From NCBI GenBank assembly GCA_963702025.1, contig OY969699.1:1024001-1088000 (forward strand): a DNA stretch of 64,000 bases. The letters run 5' to 3'. The notes beneath the pieces are model-generated. The model searched no databases and had not been told where the DNA came from. It saw only the letters and a program-made list of their open reading frames with translations. How positions within the stretch are numbered: the stretch's first letter is position 1; every line of letters begins with the position of its first letter. Shown here piece after piece: positions 40,029 through 49,940 of the stretch. The translations under genes were made by a program, and so were the position numbers. This DNA is from an uncultured bacterium (GTDB lineage Bacteria > Babelota > Babeliae > Babelales > Vermiphilaceae).

Positions 40029-40056
40029 AGAATAGCAAAAATAGCCTATTTGTCAA
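40029..40056 (-). promoter_or_regulatory. Sigma70-type promoter reading into IS630
   Basis: Minus strand TTGACA-N16-TATTCT with TG just upstream of the -10. Confidence 0.45.
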
Positions 40057-40075
40057 TATTTATTAGCTCGTTTGG

Positions 40076-40210
40076 AGGTATTCTAAAGCCTTAGCAGGAG
40101 ATTCAAAAAAAGTCCGTTTTTTTTCCAGTTCTTTGAGGATTTTGCTACTGGTTACCAGGGGGTAAATAGTTGGGGTTACGCAGAACTACTTTTTTATGGT
40201 TAATGCGCAA
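40076..40210 (-). repeat. Degenerate direct copy of the sulP 3' end (42771-42910)
   Basis: Shared blocks AGGTATTCTAAAGCC, GATTCAAAAAA, TTTTTTTCCAGTTCTTTGAGG, ACCAGGGG, TAAATAGTTGGG, AACTACTTTTTTATGGTTA. Confidence 0.85.
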
Positions 40211-40216
40211 AATCAT

Positions 40217-41002
40217 TTATGCAAGCTCTTTTTGCTCAAATTTCTTCATCGCTTCCACGATTTCTTGAGTATATTTTTTGGTCTCATCATTAAGTATCAT
40301 TTCTCTCTCTGTTTTAACATCGGAGACTTTGCCATTTTTTGTTATAAATACATCATATTGACTTAAATGGTTATTGTTTTTAAATACTGTATTGAGCGTT
40401 AGTGTCAAAGGTTCAGTATATAAAACTCGATGTATTAAATTTTTGGGAAAGACAATTAAAGAATTCTTTTTTAAATAGACTTCTTCAATAAATTTTAATT
40501 TTGCTAAACCAATAAACATAAAATTTTTCTTCTGAAAGTCTTTTAGAATACGATACTGGGCAAATTCATCGCCATCTTTAGCTAATTTATACAACTCATG
40601 TTTGTATCCTCCTTGAATAATAAAGCTTTCAAAGTAACGCGGATGGGTGTGGATACTTTCAGGAAGAATCTCAAGACCGGCTTCTGGATTCCAGTAATTT
40701 AAACGTAGTTTTTCAATTTTATTAGAAAGAGAATTATCAACAGGTATGTTTATCCTAATAAAACCGGATTCATTTTTGTGGCAAGCCAAGTCATCTGCAT
40801 TTTTTTGTAAATAATTTTTTGCGTATTTTACAAAAGAATGAATGTCTGAAGAAAAAACGTTATTAGATGACGAGTAACTTCTATTAAATTGTAGGCTGTA
40901 GTTTTTTAACCCAACCCTCATAGCATGTGAGGGAGAGAAAATAGTAATACTTAGTAATACTAAATTAAAAGTAAGAAAAACATTTTTTTTATTCATAACC
41001 AT
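40217..41002 (-). CDS. Exported cupin-fold metalloprotein
   Basis: Signal peptide; LRLNYW, ESIHTHPRYFES.I..G, LIHRV. Confidence 0.68.
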   Translation of the reverse strand: MVMNKKNVFLTFNLVLLSITIFSPSHAMRVGLKNYSLQFNRSYSSSNNVFSSDIHSFVKYAKNYLQKNADDLACHKNESGFIRINIPVDNSLSNKIEKLRLNYWNPEAGLEILPESIHTHPRYFESFIIQGGYKHELYKLAKDGDEFAQYRILKDFQKKNFMFIGLAKLKFIEEVYLKKNSLIVFPKNLIHRVLYTEPLTLTLNTVFKNNNHLSQYDVFITKNGKVSDVKTEREMILNDETKKYTQEIVEAMKKFEQKELA

Positions 41003-41028
41003 AATAATTTACTCCATATTGTTAACTT

Positions 41029-41577
41029 TTAAATATCATTTTTGGAAATCCATTTTGTAAACATTCTAATAACTGATGGATTATCGGTGGGCAATTCATT
41101 AAAACTTTTACCAATCCAGCGCAATTCTTTCGATTCACGATTTTGGATTATTTGTTCATCACTAACAACTTGAAGGAGAAACCTTATGTCATAATGATAA
41201 TGAGCCTTTTCCTTTTTATTTTCTGGAATAAGATGAATATCAATATCAAAAATTTCAAAACTTATTGGAATAATATTTTTAATTCCTGATTCCTCCTGAG
41301 CTTCTTTAATAGCAACACTCAAAACATCAGGATTTCCATCACAGTGTCCGCCAACCTGAAACCATTTATTAAGTTTTGAATGGTGCATTAAAAGTGCTTT
41401 TGTTTTCTCCTTATTCAAAACCCAAGCTGAAGCAGTTATGTGTCCTATTTCTAAAGATCTTTCAAAACAATTTGGGTATTGCATAATGAATGAAAGCATT
41501 TCTTGTTTAAAAGCAATCTCTTGCGGATTAACAGGAAAATATTTGTACAATTTTCCTAATAATGAATCTCTTATCAT
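41029..41577 (-). CDS. NUDIX hydrolase
   Basis: GHITASAWV, WFQVGGHCDG...AIKEAQEESG, DIDIH.IP, HYHYD. Confidence 0.92.
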   Translation of the reverse strand: MIRDSLLGKLYKYFPVNPQEIAFKQEMLSFIMQYPNCFERSLEIGHITASAWVLNKEKTKALLMHHSKLNKWFQVGGHCDGNPDVLSVAIKEAQEESGIKNIIPISFEIFDIDIHLIPENKKEKAHYHYDIRFLLQVVSDEQIIQNRESKELRWIGKSFNELPTDNPSVIRMFTKWISKNDI

Positions 41578-41843
41578 TTAATATTCCTAATAAATATTAT
41601 ATACAATTGCATCTATTTACTAATAGCATATACTTGGTTTCCACAATGTCAAGGATGATTTTAAATAAAATAATCCTATTTGAAATTATTATTATAAAGG
41701 ATAAAAGAGTTTGTTTTAGATTTAGATGTAGGAAGAATGCGTCTCATTTTTAATCCTAAAAGGATTCCACAAACGTGCATATGCATATAAGCAACTAAAG
41801 TTATGCTAATTCAGAAATTACGCTATCAATTTTAAACTAATTA

Positions 41844-42440
41844 TTACAGTTCTCTTAACAATTCTTGATATACTTCTAAGGGTATTATTCTTTTGGCTTC
41901 TTCTAAGGTTAGTTCACGTCTTTTTATCTTGTCAGCCACTGTTTTAATTGATTGTTTTCGCAAGGTGTGCGGTTGTTGTCTTTTTATGACTTCTATTTTA
42001 GATTGTTCTAAATTCGAACCTTCAAGAATTATAGAATAAAGTAAAAACTCATTAGGGGTTGGTATTTCGTTACAGCTAAATACCCTTGGCGCAACGAAAA
42101 TTTGACCTGCTGTTATAGATCTATACATAATATGCAAATTTATTAGATTCTTATCCCAATTCACATTAAAATCAAGATAGGAGCTAAAGGTTTGGTTATC
42201 AGTATCTAATAAATAGATCATGATCCTTGATTTGCCTGGCAAAAAAATTAATTTTTTTGGGAAACCTGTTGAAACGATCTCATGTCCTTTTTCATCCAAT
42301 ATTTTTAAATTTTTTCCAGTTTTATTTTCAATTTTTTCTAAAATAAAGCATGGTGGGGTATCCATACCATTAATGATTAGCGAATTAAATGTACATATTA
42401 CACTTATAGCTACAAAAATTTTCTTTATATTTATCAACAT
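41844..42440 (-). CDS. Exported protein with SOCS/BC-box-like C-terminus
   Basis: Signal peptide-MDT; PHTLRKQSIKTV...IIPLEVYQELL. Confidence 0.6.
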   Translation of the reverse strand: MLINIKKIFVAISVICTFNSLIINGMDTPPCFILEKIENKTGKNLKILDEKGHEIVSTGFPKKLIFLPGKSRIMIYLLDTDNQTFSSYLDFNVNWDKNLINLHIMYRSITAGQIFVAPRVFSCNEIPTPNEFLLYSIILEGSNLEQSKIEVIKRQQPHTLRKQSIKTVADKIKRRELTLEEAKRIIPLEVYQELLREL

Positions 42441-42751
42441 GAAATACCCAAGTATTAAAACTTAATGAACAAGTATTTTAAGTAAATTATATTATAATTG
42501 AAATTTTATCAATAAAAGACAATAAATTCAATATATTTGTTAATATAAAAAAAATAAACCTGCAAATCGATTCATGCTATACCATCTTGGCCAAAAAAGT
42601 TCCTTGCCTTGGCCGCTGCTTTTCAATAGGGCTGATATATAGGCTGGGGTGCTTACTCCTGCTTGCTCAATACCCATGCGCATGCGCTATGCTCCTCATG
42701 TATAAGGGCGTATATTCTTCTGAATTTTCAGGGCAATTGTAGGTTAATTAG

Positions 42752-44365
42752 CTATTTTTCAGTGTGCTGCAGGTATTCTAAAGCCTGGGAAGAGGATTCA
42801 AAAAAGAGTCCCTTTTTTTCCAGTTCTTTGAGGGTTTTGCTGCTGGTGACCAGGGGATAAATAGTTGGGCTCACGCCGCAGATAACTACTTTTTTATGGT
42901 TAGTGTGCAAGTATTCTACAATTTCAGTCAAGGCGTCAACCCCATCGATATCGATGAAATAGACCACTGCAAGATTGAGAATAAAATGAGTATATTGTTT
43001 GAATCCGGTTTCAAAACGGGCAATATGTGCTTGTCCATTAATATAGGCAAGTTGGCCCTTGAATGAATAGATAAGGGTGGTGGTGCTTGGTGATTTCTCA
43101 CTGCTAATGCCAGCGCCTTCTTTTGTTTTGCCAGCGGGTGTATGTATTTCAAAATAGCCGTGTGAAATTTGCTCCATAAAAATAATAAGCATAATGGCAA
43201 TTCCCACAAGAATGCCGATAATCGGATCTTGATAGAGCGTTATGCCCGCTACGAGTAATGCTATTGCAAAACTTGTTTTATCAAATCGAAAAAGCTTTAT
43301 CAGATGTTCGGCTTCCACCATGCGGAATGCTGTATAGACAAGAATTGCGGCAATTATGGCTAAAGGAATAAAACTGAAATAACTCAAAAAAAGTAATGAA
43401 ATTAAAGTGATGGCTATGCTGCAAATTGTTGCTGACATGCGGTGGGTTGCATGAGATTTTACATTAAGCGCCGTGCGAGCAAGGGCCGCTGTTGCGGGAA
43501 TTCCTCCCATGATGCCGGATGCAATATTTGCCAGGCTCAACCCCAAAAGTTCTTTTCTGGTTGAGTGTTTTGTTTTGGTCATTCCATCGGCAATGCGCGC
43601 GGAAATCATAGTTTCTAAAATAGCAATCAAGGCAAGAATTAAACCGGTGCTTATGAGCGCCTTATCAAAATACCATGTGGGCGATTGAAACAGCATGAAC
43701 GATATTGAACCGAATCGTTGGCCCAATGTTTCAACGGTGAATGGCAGATAATGATGTGACACTGCATAACCCACGGCAATGCCAAGTGGTGTTGCCAAAA
43801 TTACTCCCGGAATGCGCGGTATAAAGCGGGTGCAGGCAAAAAGTAAAGCCAAAAAGAGTAAAAAAAGAATTAACGTTGGCGCCGATAAGGCGGTGATATG
43901 AGCAAATGATTCAACAACGTTATCTAAAAAATGCTCATGAACCGGTAAGCCTTTAAGACCCAAAGCAAAATTGAGCTGGTTAAGCGCGATAATGCAGGCA
44001 ACGCCGAGGGTGAACCCATGAATGGTGCCGGCAGGAATAAATACTAAATACCGCTCAAGATGCATGAAGTAGGCAATCATAATAAAAATTCCGGTAATGA
44101 TTGCAAGCAATGCAAGAGACTGTGCGCCATGGATAAGCGCGTATGATGCCAGTATGCCCGACAAAGCGCCGGTTGGCCCAATAATATTAAAATTACTGCC
44201 GCCAAATAATGATGCTACCAGGCCCGCCCATATTGCGGTGATGATCCCGGCAACCGGAGTTGTTTGTGATGCAACGGCAAGCGATATAGAAAGTGGAATG
44301 GATACCAGCGCTATGGTGAGCCCTGATTGCCAATTTTTTTTTATATTGGTAACGAGTGTAATCAT
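42752..44365 (-). CDS. SulP-family anion permease with STAS domain
   Basis: SGLTIALVSIPLS, FGGS...IGPTG, GGIPATAALART, FIDIDG. Confidence 0.93.
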   Translation of the reverse strand: MITLVTNIKKNWQSGLTIALVSIPLSISLAVASQTTPVAGIITAIWAGLVASLFGGSNFNIIGPTGALSGILASYALIHGAQSLALLAIITGIFIMIAYFMHLERYLVFIPAGTIHGFTLGVACIIALNQLNFALGLKGLPVHEHFLDNVVESFAHITALSAPTLILFLLFLALLFACTRFIPRIPGVILATPLGIAVGYAVSHHYLPFTVETLGQRFGSISFMLFQSPTWYFDKALISTGLILALIAILETMISARIADGMTKTKHSTRKELLGLSLANIASGIMGGIPATAALARTALNVKSHATHRMSATICSIAITLISLLFLSYFSFIPLAIIAAILVYTAFRMVEAEHLIKLFRFDKTSFAIALLVAGITLYQDPIIGILVGIAIMLIIFMEQISHGYFEIHTPAGKTKEGAGISSEKSPSTTTLIYSFKGQLAYINGQAHIARFETGFKQYTHFILNLAVVYFIDIDGVDALTEIVEYLHTNHKKVVICGVSPTIYPLVTSSKTLKELEKKGLFFESSSQALEYLQHTEK

Positions 44366-44371
44366 AACGTT

Positions 44372-45484
44372 CTACACATTAAATCTGATATGAACAATAT
44401 CACCATCTTGAACAAGATAGGTTTGCCCCTCAATGCGCATTTTGCCTGCATCTTTGATCTTTGCTTCCGTGCCCAGTTCAAAAAGATCCTTGCAATTATA
44501 CACCTCTGCGCAGATGAAACCGCGTTCCAAATCAGAGTGAATTTCTCCTGCCGCTTGGCGAATGGTGATTCCTTTGCGAACCGGCCAGGCATGAATTTCT
44601 TTGGGGCCACACGTAAAGAAGGTGATAAGGCCAAGATTTTTATAGGTTTCACGAATTATAGTATCGAGGCTGCGTTCTTTGAGGCCAATAAGCCCCATCA
44701 TTTCTTGGGCATCTTCATCAGTGAGTTGCGCAAGTTCGGCGGCAACTTTTACGCAAATAGGGATCACTTTGTGCGTGCCGAATTTTTCTACCAATTTTTG
44801 ATAGGCAGTATTATTTTTGTAGCCTTCGCCCTCAATCTCATCTTCGGCAATGTTTGCAATAATTAAAAAATCTTTTTGCGTGAGAAGGGGGATTGTTTTT
44901 ACTGTTGCATTATGCACCAGCTCGCGTGCGCGCTCAAGATTATCATTGTCCAGTGCCGCGCGGATGGTGGTAAGCAAATCTTTTTCTGCTTGCAGTTCTT
45001 TAATTTCAGCCGGTTTGCCTTGGGCCTTTTTGATAGCCGGTTCTAACCGTTCTAAACGCTTAACTATCGATTCTAAATCTTTGAGCATTAATTCAGAAAT
45101 AATAATATCGTAATCGCCCAGCGGATCAATGAGACCGCGAGAGCTGATAATATCCGGATCTTCAAAACAACGCAATACATGCAAAATGAGATTGACTGAC
45201 TGTATATGGCTCAAAAATTGGTTACCCAATCCTTCACCTGATGCGGCGCCTTTAACTAAGCCGGCAATATCAACAAAGGTTACCATTGCCGGAATCTGCT
45301 TTTGCGAATTAAATGATTTTTGAAGTTGTTCAAGACGTGGATCGGGCACATGGGTGATGGCAACGTGCGGCTCAATGGTGCAAAAAGGATAATTTTCTGC
45401 CGGCACGCTTGATTTGGTTAATGCATTAAATAATGTTGATTTGCCAACGTTGGGAAGGCCAACAAGCCCCGCTTGAATACTCAT
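44372..45484 (-). CDS. ychF: Ribosome-binding ATPase YchF
   Basis: GLVGLPNVGKST, NYPFCTIEP, DIAGLVKGA..GEGLGNQFL, GFICAEV. Confidence 0.97.
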   Translation of the reverse strand: MSIQAGLVGLPNVGKSTLFNALTKSSVPAENYPFCTIEPHVAITHVPDPRLEQLQKSFNSQKQIPAMVTFVDIAGLVKGAASGEGLGNQFLSHIQSVNLILHVLRCFEDPDIISSRGLIDPLGDYDIIISELMLKDLESIVKRLERLEPAIKKAQGKPAEIKELQAEKDLLTTIRAALDNDNLERARELVHNATVKTIPLLTQKDFLIIANIAEDEIEGEGYKNNTAYQKLVEKFGTHKVIPICVKVAAELAQLTDEDAQEMMGLIGLKERSLDTIIRETYKNLGLITFFTCGPKEIHAWPVRKGITIRQAAGEIHSDLERGFICAEVYNCKDLFELGTEAKIKDAGKMRIEGQTYLVQDGDIVHIRFNV

Positions 45485-45544
45485 GATATTTTTGACTCCG
45501 AAATTAAAGAATATCTCTTAGTGTGGGGTAAAATTAAAATTAGT

Positions 45545-46507
45545 TCAACAACTCTCTTCTTCCGTTTCTTCTATTTTTCTCTTTTTTTGAGGCTCATCTA
45601 ATATTAGTTTAGTACCGTATAAAAGCGTTCTCCATCTGTTATCTTTTTTTAGTAGGACTTGCGATGAGTTATCTATCGGTTTTGCTGGCGATCTATTAAA
45701 TTCAATTATATTGGTCGGCGTTATTTTTTCAGAGATTTTCTTATTTCTTTTTTTTGTTTTTGTCTTTTCTTGAGATTTATCGAATTTTATTTTAGTGCCG
45801 TAGGAATGTGTTCTCAGGATATTTTCTGGATTGAGCACTACTTGCGATGAATTATCTATTGGTTGTGCGGGCAAAGGTTGAGATACTTTAAATTCAAGTA
45901 TGCCGTTTGATTTTTTTTTCAATTCGATATTATTTTTAGTCCGTTTTTTTGCATTTTTCTTTTTTTCGGGTTTATCGAACTTTAGTTTAGCCCCAACTTG
46001 AGATGGATTCTCTATTGGTTGTGCGAGCAAAGGTTGTGGTAAATTAAATTTAGTTATATGCATTTTTATTTTTTCTGATTCGATTTTTTTTTGGATTACA
46101 TTATTCATTACTTTTTCATCGAAATATAGCTTACTTTGGACTCCTTGAGCTGAATTATCGATTGGCTGTCCAGCAGAAGGTTGTATAGAAAATTGAGTTA
46201 TTAGATTTTGCATAGTTCCTGATCCATTTACGTGTTGAGTTTCGCTTTCTATCGTCTTGTTCGTTTCATCCTCAAACATATAGTTTATTGCTTCTGTTCT
46301 GTTATTTGTTGATTCATTGTTTTGTGCTGCAAAATAGTTTAATAATGCTTGTTTAAATTTTGCTTCAAGATCAGCATTTAAAGTAGCTTTAGTAGATTGT
46401 TGGCTGTTTTCCGGCAGCTTTTCCATAGCATTTGATTGAGCAAAGATAGCTAAAAAACTGATTAAAATAACTGAACGATAGCTAATGGTTGACATATTTT
46501 TCTCCAT
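45545..46507 (-). CDS. Exported Lys-rich protein with four internal repeats
   Basis: Signal peptide-AMEK; 4x (Q/K)PI(D/E)N(S/P)(S/A)Q...K(L/I).(F/L)D; C-terminal PQKKRKI. Confidence 0.75.
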   Translation of the reverse strand: MEKNMSTISYRSVILISFLAIFAQSNAMEKLPENSQQSTKATLNADLEAKFKQALLNYFAAQNNESTNNRTEAINYMFEDETNKTIESETQHVNGSGTMQNLITQFSIQPSAGQPIDNSAQGVQSKLYFDEKVMNNVIQKKIESEKIKMHITKFNLPQPLLAQPIENPSQVGAKLKFDKPEKKKNAKKRTKNNIELKKKSNGILEFKVSQPLPAQPIDNSSQVVLNPENILRTHSYGTKIKFDKSQEKTKTKKRNKKISEKITPTNIIEFNRSPAKPIDNSSQVLLKKDNRWRTLLYGTKLILDEPQKKRKIEETEEESC

Positions 46508-46693
46508 TTTATTGTTGTTTTGTATGCTATAACTTTAGCATGTATTGCATATTTGTCAATAATGTAAAATTACCTATTTTCTACAGAGAAGAAGGGGGAT
46601 TTAATGCAGCTATTTACATGGGTAGTTTTTCTATGGTATTACAGATGATGTAGTATTATTTTTACCTATTTTTTCCTTAATCAAGGAGAGCAT

Positions 46694-46969
46694 ATGCTGC
46701 ATCACCATCATCATCAACATTCACCTGCAATGAGAATTGTTTGCATGGTTAGTTGGCTTGTTACGGCGTTAAGTTCACTTTTTATTGGTCTTGACGCATT
46801 GGGCGCCTATATGGGCAAAGATTGGAATATTTGGCATTCTGACTTTATTATTAACCATTTGCCTGCGCTTGTTCAGCCACTTATGTATCTTATCGGTCTT
46901 TGCGGTCTTTTCAGCCTGATCAGTTTTTTTATGTACTGTGGTGGCTCATGTAAGGCCGACAAACGATAA
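46694..46969 (+). CDS. Small membrane protein with His-rich N-terminus (DUF378-like)
   Basis: AAGGAG RBS; MLHHHHHQH; two hydrophobic segments, YLIGLCGL; CGGSC tail. Confidence 0.75.
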   Translation: MLHHHHHQHSPAMRIVCMVSWLVTALSSLFIGLDALGAYMGKDWNIWHSDFIINHLPALVQPLMYLIGLCGLFSLISFFMYCGGSCKADKR

Positions 46970-46987
46970 TATTTGCTTTTCTAATCT

Positions 46988-47025
46988 AAAAAATTGAGGG
47001 GCTCATAACGGGCCCCTCAATTTTT
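46988..47025. terminator. Bidirectional Rho-independent terminator
   Basis: AAAAATTGAGGGGCTC-loop-GGGCCCCTCAATTTTT between convergent genes. Confidence 0.85.
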
Positions 47026-47029
47026 ATCA

Positions 47030-48904
47030 TTAACTGATGTCAGTGTCGATTGGTCCTTGATCCTCTTTTTTTTCTTCAGATGATGAAGGTTGGCCTTGTT
47101 GTTGGCTATAGAGAATCTCGGCAATTTTATGGGATGATGCCATTAATTCATCAGTTGCTTTTTGTAATTCTTGCGCATTCTTTTCATGTTCTTTGAGGGC
47201 AACTTTTGCTTTTTCCAATGCCTGTTCAACTTTGGTTACTTCAGCCGGATCAAGTTTTTCTTTATTTTCTTTGACCGTTTTTTCAACTTGCAGAATCATA
47301 CCATCAAGATGGTTTCTCTTTTCAACCGCTTCCCGTGCATTTTTATCAGAAGCTTCATGCTCCTTTGCCTCTCGGACCATGCGTTCCACTTCTTCTTTGC
47401 TTAGGCCGCTGCTGCTGGTGATGGTTACTTTTTGTTCTTTGCCGGATGCTTTATCTTTGGCAGAGACATGTACTATGCCATTTGCATCGATATCAAACGA
47501 TACTTCAACTTGCGGTACGCCGCGTGCGGCTGCCGGAATGCCATCTAAGCGGAATTGGCCGAGCATTTTGTTGTCTTTGGCAAATTCGCGCTCACCTTGA
47601 AAGATGCGAATATCAACGGCTGTTTGATTATCTTCAGCAGTTGAAAAAACTTGTGATTTGCGTGTTGGAATAGTGGTATTGCGTTCGATCAATTTTGTCA
47701 TAACGCCACCCAATGTTTCGATGCCCAGTGAAAGGGGAGTTACATCAAGGAGTAATACATCGCTGACTTCTCCTGCCAGAATGCCGCCTTGGATTGCGGC
47801 GCCTACAGCAACCACTTCATCAGGGTTAACTGATCTATTTGGTTCCTTACCAAAAAATTCTTTAACCAGTTGCTGTACCTTTGGCATACGGGTTGATCCA
47901 CCCACTAAAATCACTTCATCAATTTGGCTGGTGCTCAATTGTGCATCGGCCAGTGCTTTTTTGCAGGGCTCAAGAAGGCGTTTAAAAATATCGGCGCACA
48001 GAGATTCGAGTTTTGCGCGTGAAATTTTTACATTCAGATGTTTTGGACCAGAGGCGTCTGCGGTAACATAGGGCAGATTAATATCGGTTTCGTGTAATGT
48101 TGATAATTCTTTTTTGGCCTTTTCTGCTGCTTCTTTTAAACGTTGTAGCGCCATGCTGTCTTTGCGGAGATCGATGCCGGATTCTTTTTGGAATTCCTCG
48201 GCAAGATAGTTGATCAAGAGGGTGTCGATGTCATCACCACCCAAATGGGTATCGCCATTTGTTGAACGAACTTCGATTACGCCGTCGCTGATCTCGAGCA
48301 CGGAAATATCGAAAGTTCCACCACCAAAATCGAAGACGGCGATGGTGCCATTTTTTTTCTTATCAAATCCGTAGGCAAGTGCTGCTGCAGTGGGTTCGTT
48401 GATGATACGCATTACTTCAAGGCCGGCGATTTTTCCTGCATCTTTGGTTGCTTGGCGCTGGGAATCGTTAAAATAAGCGGGAACGGTGATTACTGCTTGG
48501 GTGACGGGTTGTCCCAAAAATTCTTCTGCTGTTTGTTTGAGTTCTGCAAGAATCGCGGCAGATATTTCTTGGGGAGTGTATTCTTTGCCTTGTGCCATAA
48601 TGCCAACGTCGCCATTTGCTCTTGCAACAACTTTGTATGGCATTTGCTTTGCTTCTTTTTCTACCTCTTGATAACGGTGACCAATAAAGCGTTTTGCTGA
48701 ATAGATTGTGTTTTCCGGGTTGGTAACTGCCTGGCGTTTTGCCAGGGTTCCTACGAGCCTTTTACCATCTTTGGTAAAGGCTACAATTGAGGGGATAGTG
48801 TTGCTGCCATCTTTATTGGGGATCACTTTGGGTGTGTTTCCTTCCATAAAGGCAACTACTGAGTTGGTGGTACCAAGATCGATACCAATGATTTTTTTTG
48901 CCAT
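47030..48904 (-). CDS. dnaK: Chaperone DnaK
   Basis: [38 protein letters not shown]. Confidence 0.98.
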   Translation of the reverse strand: MAKKIIGIDLGTTNSVVAFMEGNTPKVIPNKDGSNTIPSIVAFTKDGKRLVGTLAKRQAVTNPENTIYSAKRFIGHRYQEVEKEAKQMPYKVVARANGDVGIMAQGKEYTPQEISAAILAELKQTAEEFLGQPVTQAVITVPAYFNDSQRQATKDAGKIAGLEVMRIINEPTAAALAYGFDKKKNGTIAVFDFGGGTFDISVLEISDGVIEVRSTNGDTHLGGDDIDTLLINYLAEEFQKESGIDLRKDSMALQRLKEAAEKAKKELSTLHETDINLPYVTADASGPKHLNVKISRAKLESLCADIFKRLLEPCKKALADAQLSTSQIDEVILVGGSTRMPKVQQLVKEFFGKEPNRSVNPDEVVAVGAAIQGGILAGEVSDVLLLDVTPLSLGIETLGGVMTKLIERNTTIPTRKSQVFSTAEDNQTAVDIRIFQGEREFAKDNKMLGQFRLDGIPAAARGVPQVEVSFDIDANGIVHVSAKDKASGKEQKVTITSSSGLSKEEVERMVREAKEHEASDKNAREAVEKRNHLDGMILQVEKTVKENKEKLDPAEVTKVEQALEKAKVALKEHEKNAQELQKATDELMASSHKIAEILYSQQQGQPSSSEEKKEDQGPIDTDIS

Positions 48905-49018
48905 AGTGTTGATCCTTTTTGTGTTAAAATTTTCTTTTTTCATTCTTAATGATTTTTTGAAAACCCAGCTAAATTATAGACTCAGCTCGCTTTAATGTCA
49001 ATATACAGCTCAAAAAAT

Positions 49019-49037
49019 CTTAGTCAGTTACACTAAG
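49019..49037. promoter_or_regulatory. HAIR-like HspR operator upstream of dnaK
   Basis: Perfect inverted repeat CTTAGT-N7-ACTAAG, similar to HAIR CTTGAGT-N7-ACTCAAG. Confidence 0.65.
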
Positions 49038-49289
49038 CTTTTATACTTATTCAGTCGTAATTATTGAGCGGTAGCTATCATATGATTTATTATCTACAAA
49101 CCTGTTATTTTAATTTGAGACAATTTAATGTTAATTATTGTCGCATAATTTTAAGCCTTGCAGGCAGATTCGTTACGCCAGTCTCATTGCTTCTCCATCC
49201 AGAATAAATGCCTTACCATTTTTGGAAAATCGTATTAAAAGGGCCTCTTTTCCGCGCCAGCTCCGCCGCCACCCGCACTCCGTCTTCAC

Positions 49290-49330
49290 CCGAACACCCT
49301 TTTCCCGTGGGGAGGGAAGAGGGTGTTCGG
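49290..49330. other. Strong GC-rich hairpin in a long intergenic region
   Basis: CCGAACACCCT(TTTCCC)...(GGGAAG)AGGGTGTTCGG. Confidence 0.55.
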
Positions 49331-49940
49331 TCTTGACTCCGTGTTAAACAGCAGGATTGTGAGCGCTTTTTACTGATTACATTATGTCTATACGTTACTA
49401 TAGATACAGGGATACCAGCTTTACTGATTATGGGATTAAAATAATCGGAATAATCAAATTAGACAGTTGCCTTAATGCTCTTACCTATACACGAATAGAG
49501 ATCAAGAGAGAAATAAACAAGAGGAAAACAACCATAACGGGTAGGTGTATATCATACTACAAGAACATGGAGAGGTATAAGAAGACGCCCTTATAGTACC
49601 AATCGCACGTACCCGTATAAAGAGCAGTGTACGCACGCGATAACGTTAATTATCTAATAACACTACTCTTTAGATCTGAAGCAGTATTTGTTGTTATTAA
49701 AGGTATATATAGAGTTAGAAAATCACTTGTTTTTAATAAAAGTAAAAAATCCCTTAAAAGGGAAATGCGCGCGCGATTTGACTTCGTTTAAGCTATTTTT
49801 AGCTGTTTTTCTCTGTCTGCATCTGTTGTTTCTATGTGAAAATACCTGTTTTTTTTGCTTGTTTAAAAGAAAAAACCATGTTATTATTACAAGTATGAAA
49901 TAATAATAGGCGTATATTTTAAGGGAATGGAGAAAAATCA

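Noticed and set aside
49356..49367. lac operator-like ATTGTGAGCGCT
   Set aside because: Only a half match; likely chance, no vector sequence around it
48905..49940. oriC call
   Set aside because: No cluster of TTATCCACA-type DnaA boxes seen and no dnaA nearby
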